Assembly (NCBI RefSeq): GCF_036971445.1
Contig: NC_091473.1
Location: 40,486,001 to 40,550,000 of the forward strand
Reading direction: 5' to 3'
DNA length: 64,000 bases
DNA from: Narcine bancroftii
Taxonomy: Eukaryota
Position numbers and translations under genes: made by a program. Positions 38,001-49,269 of the stretch are shown piece by piece (the first letter of the stretch is position 1; each line of letters begins with the position of its first letter). The notes under the pieces were generated by a model. That model had not been told where the DNA came from. It made no database searches and worked only from the letters and a program-made list of their open reading frames with translations.

Positions 38001-41000
38001 GAGCAGCAGGGGGCTGGAGGAACTCAGCAGCATCCATGGAAGGCAGTAGAAAGTTTACGGTTCAGGCCAAAAATTCTTCATCAGTAAAAGGAAGCATCTG
38101 GCAGATGCCCAAATAAAAAGTTGGGATAGGTGATGAGGGAGCACAGGCTGGTAGATGATAGATGAATAAAAGTGGTGGGGGAAAAGAACAAAAAGATGGA
38201 ATGGGTAGAGGGCTGAGACAGTTGCACTCTGATAGGAAGAAGGGAAGTGGAATCCTGGAGAAAGGTAGATGTAGGTGACAGGCAGATAGGGAGAGTGGGG
38301 AAGGGGAAAGAGACCAAAGAGCTTAAGGAGAAGGTGGGCTACCAGAAATTGAAGTTCAATATTGCTGAAACAATACAAGATGCCATTACTCCAATTTACA
38401 TGTGGCCTCAACATCAATACATTAGGCCACTCTGAAGTCCCCCAATGTTTTCTCTTCCTTCCTCCTATCAGTCACCTTTCTCCAGAATACTTTAGTAGCC
38501 AATTGCATTTTACGAAGAGGTAAACGGAACTGATCTTCTATAATTCCAACATGCTAATTCCCCAATCTCAAAATCTTTGTTAATCCAGAATAACTGAACA
38601 ATTTTCAATTCTGGCAAAACTCGCAAAAAGAAATGGAGAATAACCAAATACCATCATTAGGCACTCCTTTCTAAGTAGCAGAATCAGATGTGGTTATCCG
38701 AAGAACTTTCTGGATTAGGTCACACACACAAAACTCTCAAATAGCACAAAGTAGCAGGGGATTCACAAATAAGGTAATGAGAAACCTCAAGGCACTAATT
38801 TCACACACCTAATTTGATTATTTTTGTCTTCACAACTTTACAGCATCCTCATTAATCTAAGTACAGACAATATTTTAGAAGTTTTTATTCTAAAAAAAGA
38901 AGAAGTTCCTTGATTATTGGTAGAAGCAAACTTGGGAGAACGATTTTGAAAAATCAACTGCATAAAATCAGAGTTGGATCTTGCTCTTCATAGTCATCAG
39001 AATCAAAACAACATCATCAGCTTTCATGGCAGTTAACTAAAATAAAGCATTTCACTGAGCAAGACTGGAACCCTTTTGGGAAACATACCATTGTTCTGTC
39101 TTGCAGTTGCGTGGATGATTTGAAAGCAATAGTTGGAAACTCATGTCCCAAATATTTCAGCCATTTTTCTGCATTCCCCTTTGGCACTAAATCTAAACAG
39201 TAAAGAACAGTCTTTACAAGATAAAATTCTGAACATACACTTTCCGTTGACGCAATTCTGTAATACTTGTGTTGTAGCAGCGGCTACACTTCTGCAATAA
39301 CACACACAACCAGATGGGTTGAGCTCAGTGAGCAGACTAGTTTATTGCAGGCTGCATTTATACTCCCAGCTCGGACCTGGCTGAGAACCGCGCTGGAGGG
39401 CGCTGACGTCGCGTGGTCTGCCAGCGCGGGTTTCTGAGCCCCATGCTGGAAGGAAGGGAAACCCCCGACGGCGCCATTTTGGCCAGCTGCCCAACTGCGT
39501 GGCTTACAAGTGGGGCCGGTTCGCCTGCCTTGTGGTGAGCCGCCACAATGTTATAAATTATGAAATTAAAGGGTTTTTTTTTTACCAATTTTGTTTATTA
39601 CAAGAATCAGTTGCTTTTTTTCCTCAGATTGTAAGACTGCCTGTTCCACCTGAGGACATCTGTGACCAAGAGGATCTCTGGCATCAACCACTTCCAAAAT
39701 CACATCCGAGGCATCAATCACCTGTTAACAAGCATGAAACAATTCTAACATCTAAACCCAATATTAAGTATTCGTTGCTAGTCTTTGTGAAGTTCAGTTT
39801 TGACAATGTTCTATTTAATAGGAATTAATCATCAGTGATAATATTTAGTTATCAGATTAAAACTTAATTACACAGTAAATAATGAGGCACAGAGGAAGAA
39901 TTTATTAAAACTAATCTATGGGATGCACAATTTGCAGCTACCTGATTGTGGGGTTGCATTTACCACTCAATTTATACATTTGATCACCACAATAGAAATG
40001 ACCATATATTGAACAAATCTTGTCAATTTTTTCCTCGTCAAATTAGAATGCTGTTCTAACCAAAATAAATACAAATTAGCAGTCACCATGAATACATGTA
40101 CACTTATTAAGCCTCACACTAACCTTGTTCAGCTCCACGCACAGAGATTTTCTTGAGTTTCTCTCTTCAAATTTGACTGACTTTTTGTTTTCCTTTATCA
40201 TCTCATGCTGAGAAAAGGTAACATTTATAAGAATAATTACAAGTAGAATGTACACATTTCTGAACTGTTAACAGATTTGTTACTAAAGGAATAGAAAACA
40301 AGTTTGTACCTCAACAGATCTCTCATTTTTTTTAGGATTTCCCTTCTTAGCTTCCAGTTTCCTTTTCTTTGCAACTTCTTTCTGTCTGGCGAGCTTTTGT
40401 TTTTCCTTCATCTCCTCAAGCTGAAAAGAGGTCAAATTCTATTAAGTCTGCTTGATTTAAACATTTCCAGCACTTTGTTGCATTTGATTGCCTTTCCCAA
40501 TTAAACATTGTTGATGGCCACTGCCTGAATTTATATTCAGTTCTTGAATAATTTCATGAAAAGATGCACCTCAAAATACGACATGTTTAACACACACAAA
40601 CATGGTATTCCTGAACCTTGTATCAATAGTCACTACGGGGAAATAATTAGAGCTAACATTTCAGATTTTGATGGGCTCAAGACTGAACTTTTATCTCTTT
40701 CTCCCTCTCCACAGAATATACCTAATCTGAAGATTTACAGTACATTGAAAATTAAAATCAACAATATACATATAAATTCACTTCACAGTTTGCCTTTCTT
40801 CTACTGCTAATTCACTAAACACTGAGAAGCTCAGCACAAAAACAATCCTGAGCTATCACCCATGCTTAAACTGAAATAACTTAAAGCAGGTCTTAACAAA
40901 TTTAGGAAGCCAATTACCAATGGTAAAAACACAATGCTGGAGAAACTCAGTAGGTCATGCAGTGTCATTTATATAGCAAAGGTAAAAATACATAACCAAC

Positions 41001-44000
41001 ATTTCAGCCTTGAGCCCTTCATCAAGGTTTGAAAAAAAATGTTGGCAGGTGTCCGAACAAAAGAGTAGGAGGAGGGGTGAACACAAAGGTGATAGGTAGA
41101 CAAGGGAGGGAGGGACAGCAGCAATCAAGGAGAGGAAGGATGGCTAGGTGAAGGGAGGGAAGAGAACTGGAAAGGGGAAAGTAAGGGGAGAGAAGGTGAG
41201 CAGAAACCAGGAAACTCGATGTTAATGCCACCTGGCTGGAGAGTGCCCAGATGGAAAAATCAGGTGTTGTTCCTCCAAATTGCAGGTAGTCTTGGTGGGG
41301 CAGTACTTAAGGCCATGGACAGACATGCAAGTATGAGAGTTTGACACCGAATTGAAATGATTGGCTACTGGGAGGTCTCTGTTAATGGTGCAGACAGAGC
41401 GAAGATGCTCAGAGAACCAATCTCCCAATCTGTGCCCAGTCTGATAGAGAAGGCTACAAAGGGAGCACCGGATATGCAAATCAGTTCTGCGAATACAGTG
41501 AAGTGTTTTTCACATGAAAGGCCTGTTTGGGATTCCATACACAGTGAGGGAGGTGGTGTGGGCTCAACTGTGGCCACAGGGGAAAGGGCAGCTATTGGTG
41601 GGGAGGAATGAGTGCACAAGGTACTCACAGAGGGAGCGGTCCCTACAGAAGGAAGAGACGGGAAGATGTGCCTGGTAGTTGGATCCTGCAGTAAGTGCCA
41701 GAAATTCCGGAGGATATTGTGTTGGATGCAGAGGCTGGTGAGGTGGTAGGTGAGGATTAGGAGAATTCTAATTTTGTTGTGTCTGAGGGCAGAGTGGGTT
41801 TGGGCAGATGAGTGGGAAATGAAGGAGATGCAAGTGAGGCCTGAGTTAGTGGTGGAAGGGAAGCAACATTTGTGGAAAAGTCGGTTATGCATTTTTACCT
41901 TTACTATATAGAGGACACTGCTTGAACTGCTGAGTTTCTCCAGCTTTGTGTTTTTATTTCAACCACGGTGTCTGCAGATTTTTGTTTTACTTCCAATTAC
42001 CGATGGTCATATTTTCCATTCAAAGAATTGAGAAGGTGTAAAGATATCAGTTCAAAGTACCAGAAGACAGCAAGGATTATCATATAATTGTCCTTTAAGA
42101 AATAGCATACTTTTCCAAAAGGTAATGCAACAAAGGTGCACTAGATCGATTCATGGGACGACATGGTTATCCAACAAAATTAAAAACATAAGCTACAAGG
42201 CCATTTGCACTCTTATGTCTGCTTACGTCCTTCAAATTCATTGCTGATCTTTTATCTCAGTGTCACTTTCCCACACAAATACAATTATCCCAGATTTTTT
42301 TGTCTTTTAAAAAAAAACTTTGATTTGCCCTAAATATTCTGAGTAACTGAGCCTCCAAAGTGCCTCTGAGCTGAGAATTCCATTCACTACTCTGAGTGAA
42401 TTTTTTTTAGATCTTTTAACATCAAAGATAATTTTGGCCCAGACTGGGTGGGATGATCTTATTGTTTAATAAATGAAGGTGATTAACATGTTCTTCTTCA
42501 TGGGAGGATCTAGAATCAAAAAGTACAATCTCCCATAAGTAGAATTTCAAATTTTGACTGCCGTGGCAACTTTAAAGCATGCCTAAAATTATCCAACAAG
42601 GCTCTAACTTGGTAATAACAAAAAAAAGGCTACTTTGCAGTATTTCATATTTTTCTTTCTTTGAAAAGAAATAAAATGACCAACTTCGTAGCAATCTTGT
42701 ACAATCTTAATTCCATTCTGATCCCAGATTTTCAAAAGTTGACTATTAAAAGAAAAAAGTTTATTCTGATACAAAGGTATCTTACCTTAAATTTTCCCGT
42801 GTACCTATTTCCTCATTTATCTCAAATTCGATTAAATGTCTCAAAATAGATGAATTATAAATAGTAATTGATAATTCCATTTATAAATAAATTGCTTCAT
42901 CTTCTTCTCACCAATTTTGGTTAACTCAATATTAGCCCATGCTTATGAATTTTCCAAATCAAACATTCTATTAATAAATTTTATTTGTGCTGCTTAATAA
43001 TTTTGAAAATTCAGTAATTGCAAACCTCCCAGATCATACCTCCATTAATTTTTGTAAAGATACCCTAGCCATTTTATCTTTCCACAAAAATTTCCTAACA
43101 ATAGAATTCAAATATTTGAAAAATTTTTGAGTAACTTTACAAGGACTAGATTGAAAAGATATTGTAGTCTAGAAAAAATATTCATCTTGATACAATTAAC
43201 TCTACCTATTAATGTAATAGGCAAATCTTTCCTTCTCCTTAAATCATTTTTTATTTTATGAAATAAAGATAAATAATTAAAATCATATAAATGATCTAAA
43301 TTCTTATCTAATCTAATACCTAAATATTTAATTTGATCTATCCATTTAAATTGGGCTATCTTCCTACAATCAGTATATTCCGCATCAGTCAATGACAAAA
43401 TTTTTATCTGAAATGTATTCATTATTACAGAATAAAATGCCTAAATTAGATTTGCATAAGTCTGGATAAAAGTGGGAAAAAGATTTGGGAATAGCAATTG
43501 ATCAGGAAGATTGGAGAAATTTATGTAAAGGTAGTATGACTAAGATTGTCAATGTGAGATATAGATTAGTTCATAATTTTATACATCAGTTACATTCAAC
43601 TTCAGAGAAATAAAAGAGGTAATTAAATTTTTTTCAGATTTATGTTTTAGGGGTCATAAAGTAGGTTCTTTTTACATTCTACTTGGTCATGTGACACTAT
43701 TAAACCCTTTTTTGGATGTGACTTAAGCAGGTTTCAGAGAAAAATTGTTGATGAAACCAACATTATTTTTATTTAAGTAATGGTAAAAAGTTGGGTTTTA
43801 AATTAGATTAAGTAGGTATCAAATTGTGTTTTTGAGATTAGTCTTGGCTGTAGAGATAAAATGTATAATGATTACATGGAAAAATTAGATTGATTTAAAT
43901 TTGCAACGATGGCATATGGAATTGAGATCGTGTATTCCATTGGAAAAGATAATATATAATTTACGAGATAATTATATTTTTTTATTGGAAACGTGGAGCC

Positions 44001-46644
44001 CTTACATGGAAATATATGGGTTTAAAGTTCTGAACTTTCTTTGTCACGTTGTGGTGGTGTTTTCCTAATCCGTGACATTTAATTATGTTAATGGTGGGTG
44101 TATCTCCTTCCTTACTTTTTTTTCTATCTTTGGGATTTGGGGTAATAGGGCATTGGGGTGGATGGCAGGGAGCCGAGGGGGGGGAAGGGAAATTTGGTAT
44201 ATACAACATTGTATATTTGAATATAAATCATCATATTCGAATAATTTTTGAATGTAATGTGGCTTAAAATTTTAAATAAAGTATTTTAAAAAAAAAGTAC
44301 AATCTCAGGAATAAAAAGGGATTCAGCCACAAAGAATTGAATATTTCTTCAGTTTTAAAATGCAAAGGGCCCTGAATTCATTAAGTACATGTAAGGCTAG
44401 GATGAATTTTAGATTAGAGGGAAGGTTAATCGCATTGAGGCCAAAGATCCAATCACCCACTAGCCTAACTTTAGGCCATTTCAGGTGAACCCTGTGCCTT
44501 GAGGCCGAGGAAAGGAGCAGAATGAAAACTACAGGCAGCAGCCCTAAAAGGGTGCCAAATGCTATAAGTATTACTAAATAACAAAAATTATTACACAAAG
44601 ACAAAATCCCCCTACTTGTTGCTTCCTTTGCTCAGCTTCACGAAGAACATCCTCTTTAAATGGAGCATCATTAGGAACACCAGGATCTTTTCGTGATCGT
44701 TTACTTTTAGTTCCCGGTTTCTTTGCTTCCTTTCTTACTTTCCGTTTATGTTCACGGACCTGGACGCAGATTGAAGTTCAGTATTATCAATGCAACAAAC
44801 AAAGCGACTGTTCTATACAGATACTGTAGTTATTCTTCTGCCTATTAGCTTAACTGCAGGACTATGATTCCATATCCCTCAATATTGATTGGCAAAAATC
44901 TAATCAAGCCTAGATTTAAAACTTTTTTTGAATGCTACAGGTCAACCAACAAAAGGGCCTCACCATCTTGCTTGCTCTGCTCTCTTCATGACTCACATGC
45001 CGAGATCCCTCCATTGTTCCATGAGTTGAAGTGTCCATTCACCATTTAATCTCTGACCCAATAATATTCTCCCAGAATCACAGTGCGGCTTTCGCGCAAA
45101 CAGAGGAACCACTGACATGGTCTTTGCCCTCAGACAGCTCCAAGAAAAGTGCAGAGAACAAAACAAAGGACTCTACATCACCTTTGTTGACCTCACCAAA
45201 GCCTTCGACACCGTGAGCAGGAAAGGGCTTTGGCAAATACTAGAGCGCATCGGATGTCCCCCAAAGTTCCTCAACATGATTATCCAACTGCACGAAAACC
45301 AACAAGGTCGGGTCAGATACAGCAATGAGCTCTCTGAACCCTTCTCCATTAACAATGGCGTGAAGCAAGGCTGTGTTCTCGCACCAACCCTCTTTTCAAT
45401 CTTCTTCAGCATGATGCTGAACCAAGCCATGAAAGACCCCAACAATGAAGACGCTGTTTACATCCGGTACCGCACGGATGGCAGTCTCTTCAATCTGAGG
45501 CGCCTGCAAGCTCACACCAAGACACAAGAGAAACTTGTCCGTGAACTACTCTTTGCAGATGATGCCGCTTTAGTTGCCCATTCAGAGCCAGCTCTTCAGC
45601 GCTTGACGTCCTGCTTTGCGGAAACTGCCAAAATGTTTGGCCTGGAAGTCAGCCTGAAGAAAACTGAGGTCCTCCATCAGCCAGCTCCCCACCATGACTA
45701 CCAGCCCCCCCACATCTCCATCGGGCACACAAAACTCAAAACGGTCAACCAGTTTACCTATCTCGGCTGCACCATTTCATCAGATGCAAGGATCGACAAT
45801 GAGATAGACAACAGACTCGCCAAGGCAAATAGCGCCTTTGGAAGACTACACAAAAGAGTCTAGAAAAACAACCAACTGAAAAACCTCACAAAGATAAGCG
45901 TATACAGAGCCGTTGTCATACCCACACTCCTGTTCGGCTCCGAATCATGGGTCCTCTACCGGCACCACCTACGGCTCCTAGAACGCTTCCACCAGCGTTG
46001 TCTCCGCTCCATCCTCAACATCCATTGGAGCGCTCACACCCCTAACGTCGAGGTACTCGAGATGGCAGAGGTCGACAGCATCGAGTCCACGCTGCTGAAG
46101 ATCCAGCTGCGCTGGATGGGTCACGTCTCCAGAATGGAGGACCATCGCCTTCCCAAGATCGTATTATATGGCGAGCTCTCCACTGGCCACCGTGACAGAG
46201 GTGCACCAAAAAAAAGGTACAAGGACTGCCTAAAGAAATCTCTTGGTGCCTGCCACATTGACCACCGCCAGTGGGCTGATAACGCCTCAAACCGTGCATC
46301 TTGGCGCCTCACAGTTTGGCGGGCAGCAGCCTCCTTTGAAGAAGACCGCAGAGCCCACCTCACTGACAAAAGGCAAAGGAGGAAAAACCCAACACCCAAC
46401 CCCAACCAACCAATTTTCCCTTGCAACCGCTGCAATCGTGTCTGCCTGTCCCGCATCGGACTGGTCAGCCACAAACGAGCCTGCAGCTGACGTGGACTTT
46501 TTACCCCCTCCATAAATCTTCGTCCGCGAAGCCAAGCCAAAGAAAGAATTCTGCTGATCGAAAAGGTCCACTGTCATCCTCCTGCACCCCAGAATTAACA
46601 AATACTAATCACACCATCAATCAAGACTATGTTATTTGGCCAAA

Positions 46645-46720
<76 letters not shown>

Positions 46721-47262
46721 TGCCAGATACAGAAGAGCCCTCTGGAATCTCGGTACGTGCTGACCGACCCATGATAAAATCTATTTACTTCTCAGAGACT
46801 TTTTTTTAAACGAAGGTGCCAGTTTACTTCGTTAAAATTACATTTAATGAAGGCACGTCAATTATCATTAAAAAAACCTCAAATGTTGGCACATCAATTA
46901 ATATTTTACCGAGGGCCCTCACTCGCCACGTTCCTTGCCCCCAACTCCAACCACGGTCTATAAAAGTAATTCACTTGTTCTGAAGCCCACTCAAACAGAG
47001 GCGACCTGCACATTAACAGGACGCGGACACTTCGGAAGACATTGCTCGCACTTTGGCTGCGTGTCTCCCGAACCAAGGCCCTGACTCGCGGTGCCTCCCC
47101 TCACCTTTCTCTGGATCTTGTACCGCTTGTGGCAAGACAGACGCTTACTCGCCTTTTTTAATTCTGCAAGAAAGATAGGAGATCAAGCAGCAGAAAATTC
47201 AACTGGTGAGACCAAGTGATTTTAACCCAGCCCAGCCCACTCCACTCACTCGGCCGCCTCAT
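29044..47262 (-). CDS. GNL3: Guanine nucleotide-binding protein-like 3 (nucleostemin), 547 aa, 15 coding exons
   Basis: Exons (minus) 47250-47262, 47105-47163, 44616-44759, 40310-40420, 40124-40207, 39586-39721, 39089-39192, 36748-36886, 35875-35962, 35108-35285, 33258-33397, 32974-33089, 30857-30987, 29405-29510, 29044-29138. All introns are GT-AG, 1644 nt in total. [31 protein letters not shown], circularly permuted GTPase motifs [22 protein letters not shown], and C-terminus [10 protein letters not shown]. Confidence 0.97.
30388..30727. mobile_element. hAT (Charlie-like) MITE
   Basis: TIRs CAGTGGTCCTCAACCTTTTT / AAAAAGGTTGAGAACCACTG with a perfect 8-bp TSD CATTAAAG. Confidence 0.85.
31945..32155 (+). 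mobile_element. RTE LINE 3' fragment (young)
   Basis: Near-identical to 46332-46543. 12-bp TSD ATATAGATGGCT (31933-31944 and 32156-32167). Confidence 0.9.
32400..32680. repeat. Degenerate ~30-bp tandem repeat (TTCCCAC-n-CTATAAATT core)
   Basis: Recurring tcccacg...ctataaatt motif with variable linkers, roughly 8 units. Confidence 0.65.
33623..33984. mobile_element. hAT MITE (same family as 30388-30727)
   Basis: Same TIRs and internal sequence. TSD CATTAGCC / CATTAACC. Confidence 0.85.
34951..35020 (-). ncRNA. SNORD19: C/D box snoRNA, SNORD19 family (18S rRNA G683 guide), GNL3 intron 10
   Basis: Minus strand: C box ATGAGGA (35005-35011), guide AAGATCCAACT plus D box CTGA (34959-34962), 8-bp terminal stem GAGTGAGA/TCTCACTC. 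The guide is complementary to 18S AGUUGGAUCUU. Confidence 0.88.
35381..35458 (-). ncRNA. SNORD19: C/D box snoRNA, SNORD19 family, GNL3 intron 9
   Basis: C box ATGAGGA (35441-35447), guide AAGATCCAACT plus CTGA (35391-35394), 10-bp terminal stem CTGAGTGAAA/TTTCACTCAG. Confidence 0.88.
36931..37910 (+). mobile_element. RTE LINE, 5'-truncated
   Basis: Starts at the RT DD motif (gacgatgccgct). ORF pieces 36976-37251 and 37434-37847 ([18 protein letters not shown]), (AAG)n tail. Confidence 0.9.
38956..39034 (-). ncRNA. SNORD19: C/D box snoRNA, SNORD19 family (SNORD19B/C-like), GNL3 intron 7
   Basis: C box CTGATGA (39014-39020), internal CTGATGA (38994-39000), guide AAGATCCAACT plus CTGA (38968-38971), terminal stem AACTGC/GCAGTT. 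Confidence 0.82.
39273..39547 (-). mobile_element. Solo LTR (Gypsy-like)
   Basis: TGTAG...CCACA termini, TATAAA and AATAAA on minus, near-TSD GTGT/ATGT. Shares GTGG(G/A)GCCGGTTCGCCTGC with 55774-56050. Confidence 0.65.
40925..41992 (-). mobile_element. Penelope-like element (GIY-YIG remnant) with inverted terminal segments
   Basis: ORF pieces [25 protein letters not shown]...LPVANHFNS...LEEQHLIF and ILILTYH. Inverted ends and a 15-bp flanking duplication CCAATTACC(A/G)ATGGT. Confidence 0.8.
42533..44291. mobile_element. 5'-truncated, 5'-inverted L1 insertion
   Basis: About 42533-43400 encodes RT C-terminal sequence on minus (IKYLGI...[16 protein letters not shown]). About 43400-44291 is the L1 3' end on plus with AATAAA and poly(A). 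15-bp TSD AAAAAGTACAATCTC. Confidence 0.8.
45063..46545 (+). mobile_element. RTE LINE, 5'-truncated, near-intact RT (one nonsense codon at 45861-45863)
   Basis: ORF 45117-45863 ([34 protein letters not shown]) continues in frame to 46490, ending in a C2H2-like motif. Confidence 0.93.
46646..46718. repeat. (CA)n microsatellite
   Basis: Uninterrupted CA run of about 36 units. Confidence 0.95.
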
Positions 47263-47720
47263 GCTGCGTCGCTGCAGGTCCGATGAACACGAGCTGCGAG
47301 AACCCCGGGAGCCTGCCGTAAACGCACGCTTCACGTCAGTGTCGCCAACTGGCTCCGCTTTACGTCTGCGTGGCCGCTTCTCGGAGGGGAAGGAGGCGAC
47401 GGTGGTTGTCATCATAAGTTTTTTTTAAAAAAACATCGGCTTTCAATCTCTTCCACGTGTGGGTAAGGACAGCCGTGGTTGTGGGAGCTGGAGCGAAGTG
47501 AAGGCTCGCGCGGGTTTTGCGTCGGGTTTTGCGCCGGCGACCGCCGAGGAGGGGCCTGCGAGGCGCCGGCCGCCTTTTCCATTGTTGTGACCATCAGCTG
47601 CCCGGTGGCCGCGCCGACGCCCGGTGCCCGGCTCACTGTGGTCACGGGTCGTTTGGGGACATGGCATTTGGCGGTGGGGGAAGAATCCAGCGGTTCTCTT
47701 GCCATCTCCCCGAAAGGAAA
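46900..47720. promoter_or_regulatory. CpG island / bidirectional promoter for GNL3 and PBRM1
   Basis: High GC and CpG. GNL3 ATG at 47262 (minus). TCACGTCA (47331-47338), E-box CACGTG (47454-47459), and a candidate PBRM1 non-coding exon-1 donor GG|GTAAGG at 47463. Confidence 0.75.
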
Positions 47721-49269
47721 AAGACGACAGAGCACAACTGGCAGGTTATGCCCATGTCCAACAAATGAATTCACATCAGTCTCTTAATGACCATATTACA
47801 ACCAAACGCTTACATTAATTGTGTATGGTCGGAAAATTAAATTGACAGAAGGCTCCAGGAATCGAAGACTTTCCGATTGCTTTCTATAATGGGGAAGATA
47901 TTAATTGCTATGATGTTATATCACCTTAAAATGCTCAATGAAAGAAAATCAGATGGTTTCGTTGCAATGTTGCTGATCTGGTAAAAAGGTGATGGAAATA
48001 ATTCAACTTCAGATGAAACAAGTCTTTGATACTTAATTTTCACTAATACCCAGAGAGCAAGAAGGTTGATCGAGCATTCATTGTCAAAATAGTGCCAATG
48101 TCAGGTACTCCTGCCTTGTGATCATTCGCAGTTTTAAATACTTAAGGCCTTGATAAAAGTAGCTTTTTGTCAATCATCCTTGACAGTTTCAGAAGATTTT
48201 AATTTAAGTGTTGCCGAAAAGATTTTAGGACCCTTTTTTAATGTCTTCCATTTTCTATGATGAAGAAGAGAGATGATTAAAAAAAATATATAGCATCTCG
48301 AAATTTGGGGAGTAGACCTTAATGCTAAAATTCTTATCTCTCTTAATTTTTTTTATTATTCAGTTTTCCTTTCCCATGTATCACTCTCCAACATTCTCGC
48401 TATTCTTCTATCTCTTTTGGTCAGCAAATAGGAACCAGATATCTCTTAGGTCAGTTCCCATTGGCACTTCCAACATTTTTAGCAAAATTATTTTTATCAA
48501 TCTGAATGATGAAGAATTAATAACTGGCATAGTTTACCATGGGATGCAATTTACTACTAAATTCTTTAAGAATGTTTAACTGAATTTGATTTTTTTTTAC
48601 TAAATTGGTATTCTCTATTGAAATTCACAGACAAGCTTGAAAGAAATACATTAACAGCTAACATTTACTGCAAAAAAAAACTGAAAACCAGAATATTCAC
48701 CAGAACAAACTTTTGTAAATTAACTTTTTTTTTGCAGATTAACATTATGCATGATGCTATGAAGATTCTGTTTGATTTCTTTCTTATCTTCCCCTCTGAA
48801 AGCAAATCCTCGTTTTAAACAATGCTGTCAGCCTAAATCATTTAAATGGAAGCAAATCTAGCCTTTACGATAGACAAAATCAAATGTGAAATGCTGCGAT
48901 TTGAAATATCTGTTCACACATTCTAAAAAATGGATGCTGTTTTGCTGCGGGTGCTCATTATTCACCTCTCTGATCCTTTGGCAGATTAAGCCTAGTACAA
49001 ATGACAAGAACCGATTAATTTCAATGGGGGTAGTAGGAATGCATAAGATGAGGTAAAATCTATAAAGACAAAAATGGTTACCCTGATTTTTTTTAAAATG
49101 ATTCTAAATGAGTTGGATATTAGGACATTTTTAAAAACTATTGATATGGCATTGAAAGCTGATAAATCCAAGAGTGGGATTTTTCTGGTGGTCAGTCCTT
49201 TTGAAGGCATTTTGATGACCAGGCTTTCTCCGTGTGCTGCTGGAAAGGCACTGTTGCAGATCAGTTTGA

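Noticed and set aside
38680-38760. C/D snoRNA candidate (CTGA with GGATAACCACAT on minus)
   Set aside because: No C box or terminal stem, and no rRNA target recognised.
39794-39860. C/D-like boxes about 70 nt from the exon 6 acceptor of GNL3
   Set aside because: CTGATGA to CTGA spans only about 41 nt, no upstream C box for a longer form, and no target recognised.
47158-47818. Several overlapping 64-120 aa ORFs
   Set aside because: Expected by-product of the GC-rich promoter, with no recognisable domain.
48985-49052. Upstream coding exon of PBRM1
   Set aside because: Has AG/GT boundaries, but the frame needed to join the exon at 53113 contains a stop. It could only be non-coding and is unsupported.
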